Source: Acidobacteriota bacterium (GTDB lineage Bacteria; Acidobacteriota; UBA890; WLXD01). Taken from it: a stretch of 64,000 nt of DNA. Both the position numbers and the translations under genes were made by a program. Below the pieces are notes generated by a model. The model saw only the letters and a list, made by a program, of their open reading frames with translations. It did no database searches and was not told the DNA's origin. Below are positions 48,335 through 57,370 of the stretch, piece by piece (the stretch's first letter is position 1; the number at the start of each line of letters is the position of its first letter). The stretch spans positions 252,338 through 316,337 of the forward strand of contig CAXWPH010000011.1 in NCBI GenBank assembly GCA_963666055.2. Reading direction: 5' to 3'.

Positions 48335-49615
48335 ATGGACGTCCTGGTAATCGGAGGCGGCGGGCGTGAGCACGCGCTGGTATGGGCGCTACAGCGGAGC
48401 GCCAGCGTCGACACGGTGTACTGTGCGCCCGGGAACGCTGGCATCGAGCGCCACGCGACTTGCTGGCCGATCCAAGCCGGAGACTTGGGGGCGTTGGCGC
48501 GCGCCGCCAGCGAACACTCCGTCGACCTGGTGGTTGTCGGCCCCGAGGTCCCGCTGGCTGCCGGAATCGCCGAAATCCTCGAGGAGGTAGGCATCCCGTG
48601 TTTCGGGCCCCGCCAGCCGGCCGCAATCCTCGAGGGCAGCAAGGCGTTCGCAAAGGCGTTCATGCGCCGGCGTGGCATCCCGACCGCTAACTTCGAGGTC
48701 TTCAACGAATCGAAACCGGCGCTCGACTTCGCCCGCCAGCCGCCGTGGGGTTTTCCACTAGTCGTCAAGGCCGACGGCCTCGCCGCCGGGAAGGGCGTGC
48801 TGATCTGCCACGATGCCGACTCAGCCTCCGCAGCGGTCAGCGCAATGAACGACGGCACCTTTGGCACCGCCGGCAACGTCGTGGTGATCGAGCAGTTTCT
48901 CGAGGGCACCGAGGTTACGTTGATGGCACTGTCCGACGGTCGGCACATCGTACCTCTGCTGCCGTCGCAAGACCACAAGCAAGCGCTCGACGGTGACCGC
49001 GGGGCCAACACCGGTGGGATGGGCGCGTATGCGCCGGCTGAGTCGGTGATCTCCGCCGCCACCGCGGACGAGCTGACCCAAGGAATTCTGCAGGCGACGA
49101 TCGACGGCATGGCCGCAGAGGATCGCCCGTTTGCCGGTGTGCTGTACGCCGGGCTCATGTTCACCGACGAGGGGCCGATGGTGCTGGAGTACAACTGCCG
49201 CTTCGGCGATCCGGAAGCGCAGGCAGTGCTGCCACTGCTGCGTGAGGACGTCGGGGAGCTATTCGCCGGCGTTGCCGCTGGCAACTTGTCGGATAGGCCG
49301 TTACGTTGGTCTCAGCGGCACGCTGCCTGTGTAATCCTGGCGGCGCAGGGCTATCCGGGGCCCTATCGACAAGGCGACCCGATTACCGGGCTCGAGGCGT
49401 TGACGGAACGCGAAGACGTAATGGTGTTCCACGCCGGTACCGCACAGGAGTCAGGGAAAGTGGTTACCGCTGGCGGGAGAGTGTTGGGTGTCTCCGCCCT
49501 GGGTGAGTCGTTGTCCGCCGCTCTCGACGCGGCCTATGGGGCGATCGACGCGATCGAGTTCGAGGGAATGCACTACCGACGCGACATCGGTCGGAGAGCC
49601 GGGAGCTGTGGATGA
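48335..49615 (+). CDS. purD: Phosphoribosylamine--glycine ligase
   Basis: GGGGREHAL, VKADGLAAGKGV, QDHK, NTGGMGAY, RFGDPE. Confidence 0.98.
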   Translation: MDVLVIGGGGREHALVWALQRSASVDTVYCAPGNAGIERHATCWPIQAGDLGALARAASEHSVDLVVVGPEVPLAAGIAEILEEVGIPCFGPRQPAAILEGSKAFAKAFMRRRGIPTANFEVFNESKPALDFARQPPWGFPLVVKADGLAAGKGVLICHDADSASAAVSAMNDGTFGTAGNVVVIEQFLEGTEVTLMALSDGRHIVPLLPSQDHKQALDGDRGANTGGMGAYAPAESVISAATADELTQGILQATIDGMAAEDRPFAGVLYAGLMFTDEGPMVLEYNCRFGDPEAQAVLPLLREDVGELFAGVAAGNLSDRPLRWSQRHAACVILAAQGYPGPYRQGDPITGLEALTEREDVMVFHAGTAQESGKVVTAGGRVLGVSALGESLSAALDAAYGAIDAIEFEGMHYRRDIGRRAGSCG

Positions 49616-50127
49616 GCGTTGCACGCGTTGCCGTAGTGATGGGCAGCATTTCGGATTTCGACGTGATGGTGTCCGGGGTACGGATTCTTCAGAAGCTCGG
49701 CATCCCGTACGAGGTTCGCGTCATGTCGGCGCATCGCAGCCCGCAATCAGTGGCCGCGTACGCTGCAGACGGAGCCGAGCGGGGGCTTGAAGTGATCATC
49801 GCGGGCGCCGGCGGCGCCGCCCACCTTGCCGGCACCATCGCCGCGCACACGCGCCTGCCAGTGATCGGCGTACCGCTGGTGGCCTCGGCACTCGGCGGCC
49901 TCGATGCGCTGCTGGCAACAGTTCAGATGCCGGGCGGCGTCCCCGTAGCGACCGTCGGTATCGGCAAGTCGGGGGCGGTCAACGCAGCGCATCTGGCAGC
50001 CCGAATACTGGCGCTACAGGAGGCGGTCGTCGCCGACAAGGTGGACGCAGATCGCCGTCAGCAGGCCGCGAACGTTGATGCGATGCAGGCCGACCTCGAG
50101 AACCGCCTGGCGGACGAAGATCTGTAG
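49612..50127 (+). CDS. purE: N5-CAIR mutase
   Basis: MGSISD, SAHRSP, GAGGAAHLAG, QMPGGVPVATV. Confidence 0.98.
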   Translation: MSVARVAVVMGSISDFDVMVSGVRILQKLGIPYEVRVMSAHRSPQSVAAYAADGAERGLEVIIAGAGGAAHLAGTIAAHTRLPVIGVPLVASALGGLDALLATVQMPGGVPVATVGIGKSGAVNAAHLAARILALQEAVVADKVDADRRQQAANVDAMQADLENRLADEDL

Positions 50128-50155
50128 CAGGCCGTGGTGGGAGTGTGGCGGGCCT
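50125..50155 (+). repeat. 31-bp repeat, left arm of the inverted pair flanking rlmN
   Basis: TAGCAGGCCGTGGTGGGAGTGTGGCGGGCCT; 30/31 identical to the reverse complement of 51413..51443. Confidence 0.9.
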
Positions 50156-50157
50156 GG

Positions 50158-51216
50158 TTACAGCTCAGAGCCCGCGGCGGCAGTCGCTAGCTGACCGCAC
50201 GCAGCACCGATGTCGGCCCCGCGACTGTAGCGAACCAGCACATCCAGGCCACTGTTCCGTGCCACGCGGCGAAACTGCTCGACCCGCTCCGGCGATGGCC
50301 GCTGATAGGACATTCCCGGGATCGGGTTCCACGGAATCAAGTTCACCTTCGCCGGCAGGTTTCGGAGCAGGCCGCCGAGGCGTCGGGCATCGGCGTCGGT
50401 ATCGTTGACACCGCTGAGCAGCACGTATTCGCAGGTCACCTTCTCGCGATTGCGCCAGCGCACTTCCCGTAGCGCACCGATCAGCGTGGCAATCGGGTAC
50501 TTGCGATTCACCGGCATGAGATCAGAGCGCACGGCGTCAGTCGAAGCGTTCAGCGAGACAGCAATTCGTGGGCGCCGTGGCCCCAACTTGGCGAGCGCGA
50601 GGATGGCAGGAACCAGCCCCACGGTCGAGACGGTTATGCGCCGCCAGCCCAGCGACAGCCCGTTAGGGTCCTGCATGGAATCGACGGCTGCGAATACGGC
50701 GGCGGCGTTGTCGAGAGGCTCACCCTGCCCCATAAACACCACATTGAGTCGCGAGCTCGGCTGCTGAACCTCGGCGCGCAGCCGCAAAACCTGCCCGAGA
50801 ATCTCACCGGACGAGAGCGACCGGAGTAGCTTGAGCTTTCCCGTCTGGCAGAAGCCGCAGGCGAAGCGACAGCCGACCTGGGACGAAATACAGAACGTGG
50901 TGCGCCGCTTGTACGGCATCGTGACTGATTCCACGAGCTCTGCCGCGTCGATACGCAACAGGTAGCGGCGGCTATGATCGACGGATCGAAAGACGCTGGC
51001 CACCGTCGGCGGCTCGAGTTGGAACATTGCTGGCAGCCTTGCTCGGAGCTCGATAGGCAGGTCGGTCATGGCACCGAAATCGAACACTCCACGTCCGAAG
51101 ACCCAATGTGCGAGCTGTTCTCCGCGATAGGCGGGCAGGCCGGCGTCAGCTAGCGCCTGCCGCCAGTCGGAGGGCGGCACGTCCAGTAGGTTCAAGGGCT
51201 TGGCTTCGTCCTTCAT
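50158..51216 (-). CDS. rlmN: Radical-SAM 23S rRNA A2503/tRNA C2-methyltransferase
   Basis: CISSQVGCRFACGFCQTG, VFMGQGEPL, VNLIPWN, DIGAACGQL. Confidence 0.93.
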   Translation of the reverse strand: MKDEAKPLNLLDVPPSDWRQALADAGLPAYRGEQLAHWVFGRGVFDFGAMTDLPIELRARLPAMFQLEPPTVASVFRSVDHSRRYLLRIDAAELVESVTMPYKRRTTFCISSQVGCRFACGFCQTGKLKLLRSLSSGEILGQVLRLRAEVQQPSSRLNVVFMGQGEPLDNAAAVFAAVDSMQDPNGLSLGWRRITVSTVGLVPAILALAKLGPRRPRIAVSLNASTDAVRSDLMPVNRKYPIATLIGALREVRWRNREKVTCEYVLLSGVNDTDADARRLGGLLRNLPAKVNLIPWNPIPGMSYQRPSPERVEQFRRVARNSGLDVLVRYSRGADIGAACGQLATAAAGSEL

Positions 51217-51359
51217 CACATCCGCACCAGACTATGATCGACTGCTGTCCAATATCGCGCACCAACTCGCGATAACCTGCGCAACCGCCGCCATGGTGTC
51301 ATGGCGGGCCGAGGTTGACTCTGATGGATCTGGTTACGCCGGCAGGAGCGCTGATACAA
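51216..51359 (-). CDS. Putative 47-aa leader ORF coupled to rlmN
   Basis: TTG 9 nt after AGGAGG within AGAAAGGAGGAGGCGATCC; TGA overlaps the rlmN ATG; no recognisable family. Confidence 0.35.
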   Translation of the reverse strand: MYQRSCRRNQIHQSQPRPAMTPWRRLRRLSRVGARYWTAVDHSLVRM

Positions 51360-51412
51360 GGCGGATCGCCTCCTCCTTTCTCCTTGCCTGCGCCTCCCAA
51401 GACCCTGTCGAG

Positions 51413-51444
51413 AGGCCCGCCACACTTCCACCACGGCCTGCTAG
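51413..51444 (-). repeat. Right arm of the inverted pair flanking rlmN
   Basis: AGGCCCGCCACACTTCCACCACGGCCTGCTAG. Confidence 0.9.
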
Positions 51445-51453
51445 AGTCCCATC

Positions 51454-52728
51454 GTGTTCGCCACCTATACCCTGCTATATGTTCTCGGCCTGTGCCTGCT
51501 GGCGCCGCGGGCGGCGCTTCATCGGGTGCTCGGCGGCCGCTACGCCGTCGCCCTCGAAGAACGCCTCGGACGGGTCCCGGAGCGGCTTGCCCAATATCGC
51601 GGGGGCATATGGATACACGCCGTTTCGGTGGGTGAGGTACACGCAGCACGCGGGCTCATTCCCCACCTGCGGCGTATGGTTCCGGGCGCGCCGATACTGC
51701 TGTCGACCACAACGCCCACCGGTCAAGAAATCGCCCAACAAGCGGACGCCGACGCTACCTTCTACATGCCGCTGGACATACCCGCCGCCGTCGACCGTTA
51801 CCTACGGGCGTTGGCGCCGCGCGCGCTGCTGCTGGTTGAGACCGAGATATGGCCCAACCTCCTGCGTGCCTGTAGGGAGCACGGTGTGCGTACCGCGCTG
51901 GTAAACGCCCGCCTATCGGCGAGTTCGTGTCGTCGCTACGCACGACTGCGTCGTATCTGGGCGGCACCGTTCGAGTTCATAGATGTGGTGTGCGCCCGCA
52001 CGAGCGTAGAAGGGCAGCGTTTTTGCACCATCGGAATCGCCGCAGCAAATGTCTTTGTAACCGGCAACCTGAAAGCCGACGCTGAGGCCCTAGGCCCATC
52101 AATCCATCTTCACGCCCAGCTGGAGGAATTGCTGCACGCCGATGGCGCACGGCCCCTGATCGTCGCCGGCTGCACGATGGACAACGAAGAGCAGCAGGTG
52201 CTTCGCGCCTTCCGTCATGTGCTACGGCGCTATCCCGAATCACGGCTGTTGCTCGCGCCCCGCCACCCTGAGCGTTTCAACGAGGTCGAGGCACTCGTTC
52301 GGCATGCCGGTTTCAGATGCGCCCGACGCACTCGCCCGAGTACTGCTGACGGCGAAGTAATCTTGCTCGACACGATTGGCGAGCTGCCTGCCGCCTACGG
52401 TCTCGGCGATATCGCATTCGTGGGCGGCAGCCTGGTCTCCACGGGCGGCCACAACATGCTCGAACCAGCGATCCAGGCCCGCCCCCTCTTGTTCGGCCCC
52501 AGCACCGAGAACTTCGCAGCGCTAGCAAGCGAGCTCGTGCACGCCGGCGGTGCCTACCGGGTTGCCGACCCTGACGCGCTCGGCGAGCGTATTGTCGAGC
52601 TAATCGACGACCCTGAGCGGCGTAAGCAAATGGGCGAGCGTGCCCGCATCGTGGCACTACGCGATGCATCGGCCGGCCGACGCACCGCCCGCATCTTGCT
52701 TCGTTGCCTTCCGGAGCTTCGAACGTGA
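51454..52728 (+). CDS. waaA: Kdo transferase
   Basis: IWIHAVSVGE, ETEIWPN, NARLS, TGNLK, PRHPER, GGHNMLEP. Confidence 0.96.
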   Translation: MFATYTLLYVLGLCLLAPRAALHRVLGGRYAVALEERLGRVPERLAQYRGGIWIHAVSVGEVHAARGLIPHLRRMVPGAPILLSTTTPTGQEIAQQADADATFYMPLDIPAAVDRYLRALAPRALLLVETEIWPNLLRACREHGVRTALVNARLSASSCRRYARLRRIWAAPFEFIDVVCARTSVEGQRFCTIGIAAANVFVTGNLKADAEALGPSIHLHAQLEELLHADGARPLIVAGCTMDNEEQQVLRAFRHVLRRYPESRLLLAPRHPERFNEVEALVRHAGFRCARRTRPSTADGEVILLDTIGELPAAYGLGDIAFVGGSLVSTGGHNMLEPAIQARPLLFGPSTENFAALASELVHAGGAYRVADPDALGERIVELIDDPERRKQMGERARIVALRDASAGRRTARILLRCLPELRT

Positions 52729-53777
52729 GCCTGCTGGCATTCCTGGGGACCCCCTGGGGGCTCGTGGCGCGTGGCCGTGCCGAGTTCTATCGACGCGGTG
52801 TACTTGCAACACAGCGGCTTCGACAACCAACGATCAGCATCGGCGCGCTGGAGATGGGTGGGACGGGGAAGACGCCGGTCGTGGCAGCAGTGACGCAGGT
52901 GCTGCAGCGCGCCGGCCGCAAGCCGGCTGTCATCAGCCGCGGCTACTCCCGACGCGATCGCCGCCCGAGCGTGGTAAGCGACGGCCGCGGCCTGTGCATC
53001 GATGTGCAGTCAGTCGGCGACGAACCTGCCTGGTACGCGCGCGCGCTCGACGGCGTCCCGGTGGCGGTGGCGGCGCGGCGCGAAGAGGCTGCGGAGCTAC
53101 TGGAGCAGCGAGCCTTGCAGACCGATGTCTACGTACTCGACGACGCCTTTCAGCACCTGCGCGTCGCACGTGATGTGAACTTGTTGGTAGTCGACGCGAC
53201 CCACCCCTTCTGGGAGCAAGCCCCACCGCCGGGCGGCCGCCTGCGGGAGGAGGCCGGAGCCGCGCGACGAGCCGACGCGTTTATCTTGGTGGTGGGTGAG
53301 CAAGCCGGCCGGCACGCCCGCAACGATCTCGCTAGCCGGTACCCCGACCGACCGACTTTCGAGGTACGTAGTAGTGACCCCGGCTACTGGCCACTCGACA
53401 CATGGGACCCGCGTACGCCGCCCGAGGCAGCAACGAAGCTTGGTGCCTCGTGCGCAGCATTTGCGGGGATTGCCCGCCCGCAGCGATTCTTCCGCACGCT
53501 CGAAGCCCATGGCATCGACGTGCGCGCCAGGCGAACCTTTCCGGACCACCATTGGTATTCGGATCGTGACCTCGCCAGTCTCCGCCGCATGGCAACCGGT
53601 GCCGGAGCGACGGCCCTGGTAACCACCGAAAAAGATGCCGTGCGCCTACAGCGTCTGAAGCAACCACAAGCACCTCGAATCCATGTCTGGTCGTATCGCC
53701 TGAGCCTGACGCGACCTACCGAGTTCGAGGCCTGGCTGCTCCCTCGGATCGCGACCAGCCCGGAACTACGTCAGTGA
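52725..53777 (+). CDS. lpxK: Tetraacyldisaccharide 4'-kinase
   Basis: GGTGKTP, SRGY, GDEP, LDDAFQH, FPDHH, TTEKDAVRL; GTGA overlap with waaA. Confidence 0.95.
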   Translation: MSLLAFLGTPWGLVARGRAEFYRRGVLATQRLRQPTISIGALEMGGTGKTPVVAAVTQVLQRAGRKPAVISRGYSRRDRRPSVVSDGRGLCIDVQSVGDEPAWYARALDGVPVAVAARREEAAELLEQRALQTDVYVLDDAFQHLRVARDVNLLVVDATHPFWEQAPPPGGRLREEAGAARRADAFILVVGEQAGRHARNDLASRYPDRPTFEVRSSDPGYWPLDTWDPRTPPEAATKLGASCAAFAGIARPQRFFRTLEAHGIDVRARRTFPDHHWYSDRDLASLRRMATGAGATALVTTEKDAVRLQRLKQPQAPRIHVWSYRLSLTRPTEFEAWLLPRIATSPELRQ

Positions 53778-54640
53778 CGCTCATTGCCCGGTTGGCCGAG
53801 GCCGCGGCAGCACGTGTGCCGCAATGGGACCTGGCCACCGCTGTAGCACGCGGCAGAGGCCTCGGGCGCCTTGCCTATCGGCTCGATCGACGTCATCGGG
53901 TTACGGCCCTGAGCAACCTGCGCCGTGCCTTTCCCGGCCGCGACCGGGCCTGGCATGAGCGCACCGCACTGGGGAGCTTCGAGCAGATGGGCCGCACGGC
54001 ACTGGAGCTGCTCTGGAGCCCACGGTTAATCGATCACCCGGTGCAGCAGATCATCCGCACTGACGACGGGATGGCCCATTTCGAGAGAGCACTCAAAGCC
54101 GGCAACGGCGCGATCCTGGCGGGGGCCCACTACGGCAACTGGGAGTTGGTCGGCGTTGCCCTCGCGAAGCTCGGCGTGCCGTTGGTATCTATCGCCAGAC
54201 CACTGGACGACACTCGGCTCGATGAACTCGTAACACGACTCCGATCCTGTACCGGGGCGCGCGTGCTGCCCAGACACAACGCCTTTCGCCCGGCTCTGCG
54301 GGCGTTGCGTGCGGGCTCGGTGCTGGCGATCTTGGCCGACCAGAACACCCTTCCGCCGGAAGCGGTGTTCGTACCGTACTTCGATCGCCTGGCGGCCACC
54401 ACCCCGGCCGTGGCGCAGTTTCATTTGCGGTCGAACGCGCCGATTCTGCCGATGTTTGCGGTGCCACACGACGACCACTATCGCTTGGCGATCGATCCGC
54501 CCCTCGAAGTCTCCACGTCGGGGCATGACGATGCCGTCCTGAAAATCACCGCCGCCGTCACGGCTCGTATCGAACGCTACGTGCGTGCTTGTCCCGAGGC
54601 CTGGCTTTGGATGCACGATCGGTGGCGAGAACGCCCCTAG
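53774..54640 (+). CDS. lpxL: Lipid A late acyltransferase (LpxL/HtrB family)
   Basis: AHYGNWE, LADQ, PEAWLWMHDRW. Confidence 0.85.
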   Translation: MTLIARLAEAAAARVPQWDLATAVARGRGLGRLAYRLDRRHRVTALSNLRRAFPGRDRAWHERTALGSFEQMGRTALELLWSPRLIDHPVQQIIRTDDGMAHFERALKAGNGAILAGAHYGNWELVGVALAKLGVPLVSIARPLDDTRLDELVTRLRSCTGARVLPRHNAFRPALRALRAGSVLAILADQNTLPPEAVFVPYFDRLAATTPAVAQFHLRSNAPILPMFAVPHDDHYRLAIDPPLEVSTSGHDDAVLKITAAVTARIERYVRACPEAWLWMHDRWRERP

Positions 54641-54728
54641 CAGGCCGTGGCGAAAGTGTGGTGGGTCAACATCTGACCCCCAGCTCGTCGTAGCCCAGTC
54701 CCACAACACCTCCACCACGGCCTGCTAG
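54637..54728. mobile_element. 92-bp MITE/REPIN-like element
   Basis: CTAGCAGGCCGTGG...CCACGGCCTGCTAG: 14-bp perfect and about 31-bp imperfect terminal IRs, CTAG at both ends, internal GGGTCA-ACATC-TGACCC hairpin; non-coding. Confidence 0.75.
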
Positions 54729-54770
54729 AGTTCCGCGCGGGACTCTGGGACAAAGGGGAAATCAAGAGAC

Positions 54771-55796
54771 ATGCGCGGGCGCTGGATCGTGCGGTTGCCT
54801 ACCTGGCTCGGAGATACGGTCATGGCTGTGCCCACGATCCGAGCCCTGGAGCGTACGGTAGACGAACTGGTGCTTTGGGGTCCGGAATCCCATGGACGCC
54901 TCCTGCAGGCAACCGGCGTTCGCGGCCGGGTGCTGCCGCATCTCCGGCGTACCGGTGTAGGCCGCCTTCTCGGCCTTCGCCGCGCCGTCAGCGACGTCGC
55001 TCGCCTCGCTCCGGCGGGCGCCCTGCTGTTGCCTAACGCGTTCGAGCCGGCCCTGGTGGCGGCCCTGGCCAACGTGCGGCGACGTATCGGCTACGCCACG
55101 GACATGCGCGGGTTCTTGCTCACCGAGGCCGTGCCGCCAACCGACACCCTGGCTCCGATCCACGACGCTTCTCGGTACGCACGCTTACTCGAGCCGCTGA
55201 AGGCCGCGCCGCCACGGCCGGAAGACGTGCTATTGGCTCCGCCGGCGAACACTCACGATCGTGTCCGGCGGCTGATCGACACGGATCAGCCGATTCTGGG
55301 AATCGTACCCGGATGCGCCAATGGTCCGGCGAAGCGCTGGCCAGCGGCATCCTACGGCGCGTTGGCGAGCACCGCAGCGCGGCGCTGGGGGGCCCTCCCG
55401 GTGATACTCGGCGGACCCCAGGATGTCGGAGTCGCCGCACAAGTGGCGGCAGCTTGCGACGACGATTGCGTGAACGTCGCAGGGCGCACCGACATCATCG
55501 ACCTGGCGGCGCTGCTGAGCAGCTGTCGGGCGGTCGTCAGCAACGATACCGGTGCGGCGCACCTGGCGGCCGCGCTGAGCAGCCCGACGCTCGTGCTCTT
55601 CGGACCGACGGATCCGCGCCGCACGCGACCTCTCGGACCTCACCTTCAGGTCGCCAGCGTCGCCGCGTTCTGTCAGCCGTGCCTGGCAAAGAACTGTCCT
55701 ATCGATCACCGTTGCATGACCGGACTTACCGTCGAGCAGGCGTTCGACGGACTCGAGCCACTATGGCGCGCGGGCCGCAGCAATGCGACCAGTTGA
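54771..55796 (+). CDS. waaF: LPS heptosyltransferase II (GT9)
   Basis: VRLPTWLGDTVMAVP, GPAKRWP, NDTGAAHLAAAL, LFGPT. Confidence 0.85.
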   Translation: MRGRWIVRLPTWLGDTVMAVPTIRALERTVDELVLWGPESHGRLLQATGVRGRVLPHLRRTGVGRLLGLRRAVSDVARLAPAGALLLPNAFEPALVAALANVRRRIGYATDMRGFLLTEAVPPTDTLAPIHDASRYARLLEPLKAAPPRPEDVLLAPPANTHDRVRRLIDTDQPILGIVPGCANGPAKRWPAASYGALASTAARRWGALPVILGGPQDVGVAAQVAAACDDDCVNVAGRTDIIDLAALLSSCRAVVSNDTGAAHLAAALSSPTLVLFGPTDPRRTRPLGPHLQVASVAAFCQPCLAKNCPIDHRCMTGLTVEQAFDGLEPLWRAGRSNATS

Positions 55797-55874
55797 CGCT
55801 CTGACGCGGCCACGGTTAAGTTAGCGAGCGCCTACCCGCTCGCCGCCCGTGGCGGCATCGCTTCGATTCAACCG

Positions 55875-56891
55875 ATGGTCACCCAGCCCTATTCGAGACC
55901 CCTCGCCGATCTGCGCCCTTGGGTCGAGGCATTCCGCGACCGTCGCGTAGTCGTGTGGGGCGATCTGGTTGCCGACCGCTTCCTGCTAGGCTCCACGACA
56001 CGGGTATCGCGTGAGGCACCGGCTCTGGTGTTGCGCTACGAGGGCGAGGACGTACGCCCAGGTGCAGCCGGCAACGCTGCCCTGAACGTCGCCGCGCTTG
56101 GCGCCGACGTGGCGGTTTTCGGTCAGGTGGGCAACGACGACGCCGGACGACGGCTTTCGAGCGACCTTGCCGACGCTGGCATCGATATCAGCGGTGTGAA
56201 TCGACGCGACGACGGGTCAACACCGGTGAAGACAAGGATCATGGCCGGCGGGTCCCACACAGTACGCCAGCAGATCCTGCGTATCGACGACGAGCACGTC
56301 TGGCAACCGTCCACCGATATCGATGCCATCAAGCGCCTCACCGCCAAGCTTACGAACACCGACGCACTGCTGGTTTCTGACTACGGGCTGGGGACGGTCT
56401 CGCCGGCGGCCTACGCGGAGCTACGGGCAGCCGCCGGCGTAGCGAACATACCGGTCACCGTGGACTCGCGGCATCGCCTGCTCGATTTCCGTGGTGCGAC
56501 CGCCGTTACGCCCAATGAGTCGGAGGTGGAGGGCGTCTTGCACATCCATCTCGATGACGATCGCAAGGCGATCGAGCGCGCCGGGTCCGAGCTGCTGGAC
56601 CGACTGGGTTGCGACAACGTGCTGATCACACGCGGCTCGCAGGGCATGGCGGTCTTCCAGAAGCATCAGCCACCGGTGCACCTGCCGATCCACGGCACCG
56701 ACCAGATCGCTGACGTTACCGGCGCGGGCGATACAGTGATCGCCACACTGACGCTGGCGTTTGCGGCCGGCGCAGACGTCGTTACGGGCGCCTGGCTGGC
56801 CACCGTAGCCGCAGGCTTGGTGGTGCTCAAGCACGGCACCGCTACGATCTCGCACAGCGAGCTCGTAGCAGCGCTCGACGGCGACTCTTGA
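55875..56891 (+). CDS. rfaE1: D-glycero-beta-D-manno-heptose-7-phosphate kinase (stand-alone HldE kinase domain)
   Basis: RVSREAP, GAAGNAALN, SDYG, TPNESE, DVTGAGDTV. Confidence 0.88.
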   Translation: MVTQPYSRPLADLRPWVEAFRDRRVVVWGDLVADRFLLGSTTRVSREAPALVLRYEGEDVRPGAAGNAALNVAALGADVAVFGQVGNDDAGRRLSSDLADAGIDISGVNRRDDGSTPVKTRIMAGGSHTVRQQILRIDDEHVWQPSTDIDAIKRLTAKLTNTDALLVSDYGLGTVSPAAYAELRAAAGVANIPVTVDSRHRLLDFRGATAVTPNESEVEGVLHIHLDDDRKAIERAGSELLDRLGCDNVLITRGSQGMAVFQKHQPPVHLPIHGTDQIADVTGAGDTVIATLTLAFAAGADVVTGAWLATVAAGLVVLKHGTATISHSELVAALDGDS

Positions 56892-57370
56892 ACGTCGCCG
56901 CTCCGGTGCTTAGAGCACCGGCAGCCCTCAAGTGGGTGCGGCAGCAGCGCCAGCAAGGGGCCCGCATCGCGCTCGCCAACGGGTGCTTCGACCTACTGCA
57001 CGTGGGACACGTACGCTACCTCGCTGCCGCGGCTGCCGAGGCCGACGTGCTGATAGTCGCGATCAACGACGACGCGACGGTCGCAACGCTCAAGGGCCCC
57101 CCTCGCCCACTGCTGCCGGCCGAGGCACGGGCGGAAATGGTGGCCGCCCTGCGATGTGTCGACATGGTGACGGTATTCGCCGACCCGACCGCCGACCGCC
57201 TGATCCGCAAGTTGCGCCCAGACGTCCACTGCAAGGGGACGGACTACGAACATGGCGTCCCTGAAGCAGCGACGGTCGAGTCAGTCGGCGGACGCATCGC
57301 CATCGTCGGCGACACCAAGCGTCACAGTACCGGTGAGCTGATCGATCGCCTGCGCGCAACCGGCCCTTGA
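56888..57370 (+). CDS. rfaE2: Heptose-1-phosphate adenylyltransferase (stand-alone)
   Basis: NGCFDLLHVGHVRYL, LKGPPRP, KGTDY. Confidence 0.88.
   Translation: MNVAAPVLRAPAALKWVRQQRQQGARIALANGCFDLLHVGHVRYLAAAAAEADVLIVAINDDATVATLKGPPRPLLPAEARAEMVAALRCVDMVTVFADPTADRLIRKLRPDVHCKGTDYEHGVPEAATVESVGGRIAIVGDTKRHSTGELIDRLRATGP

Noticed and set aside
50158-51216. The radical-SAM gene as the resistance methyltransferase cfr
   Set aside because: Length, motifs and housekeeping context fit RlmN, and I see no Cfr-specific evidence; a phylogeny would settle it.
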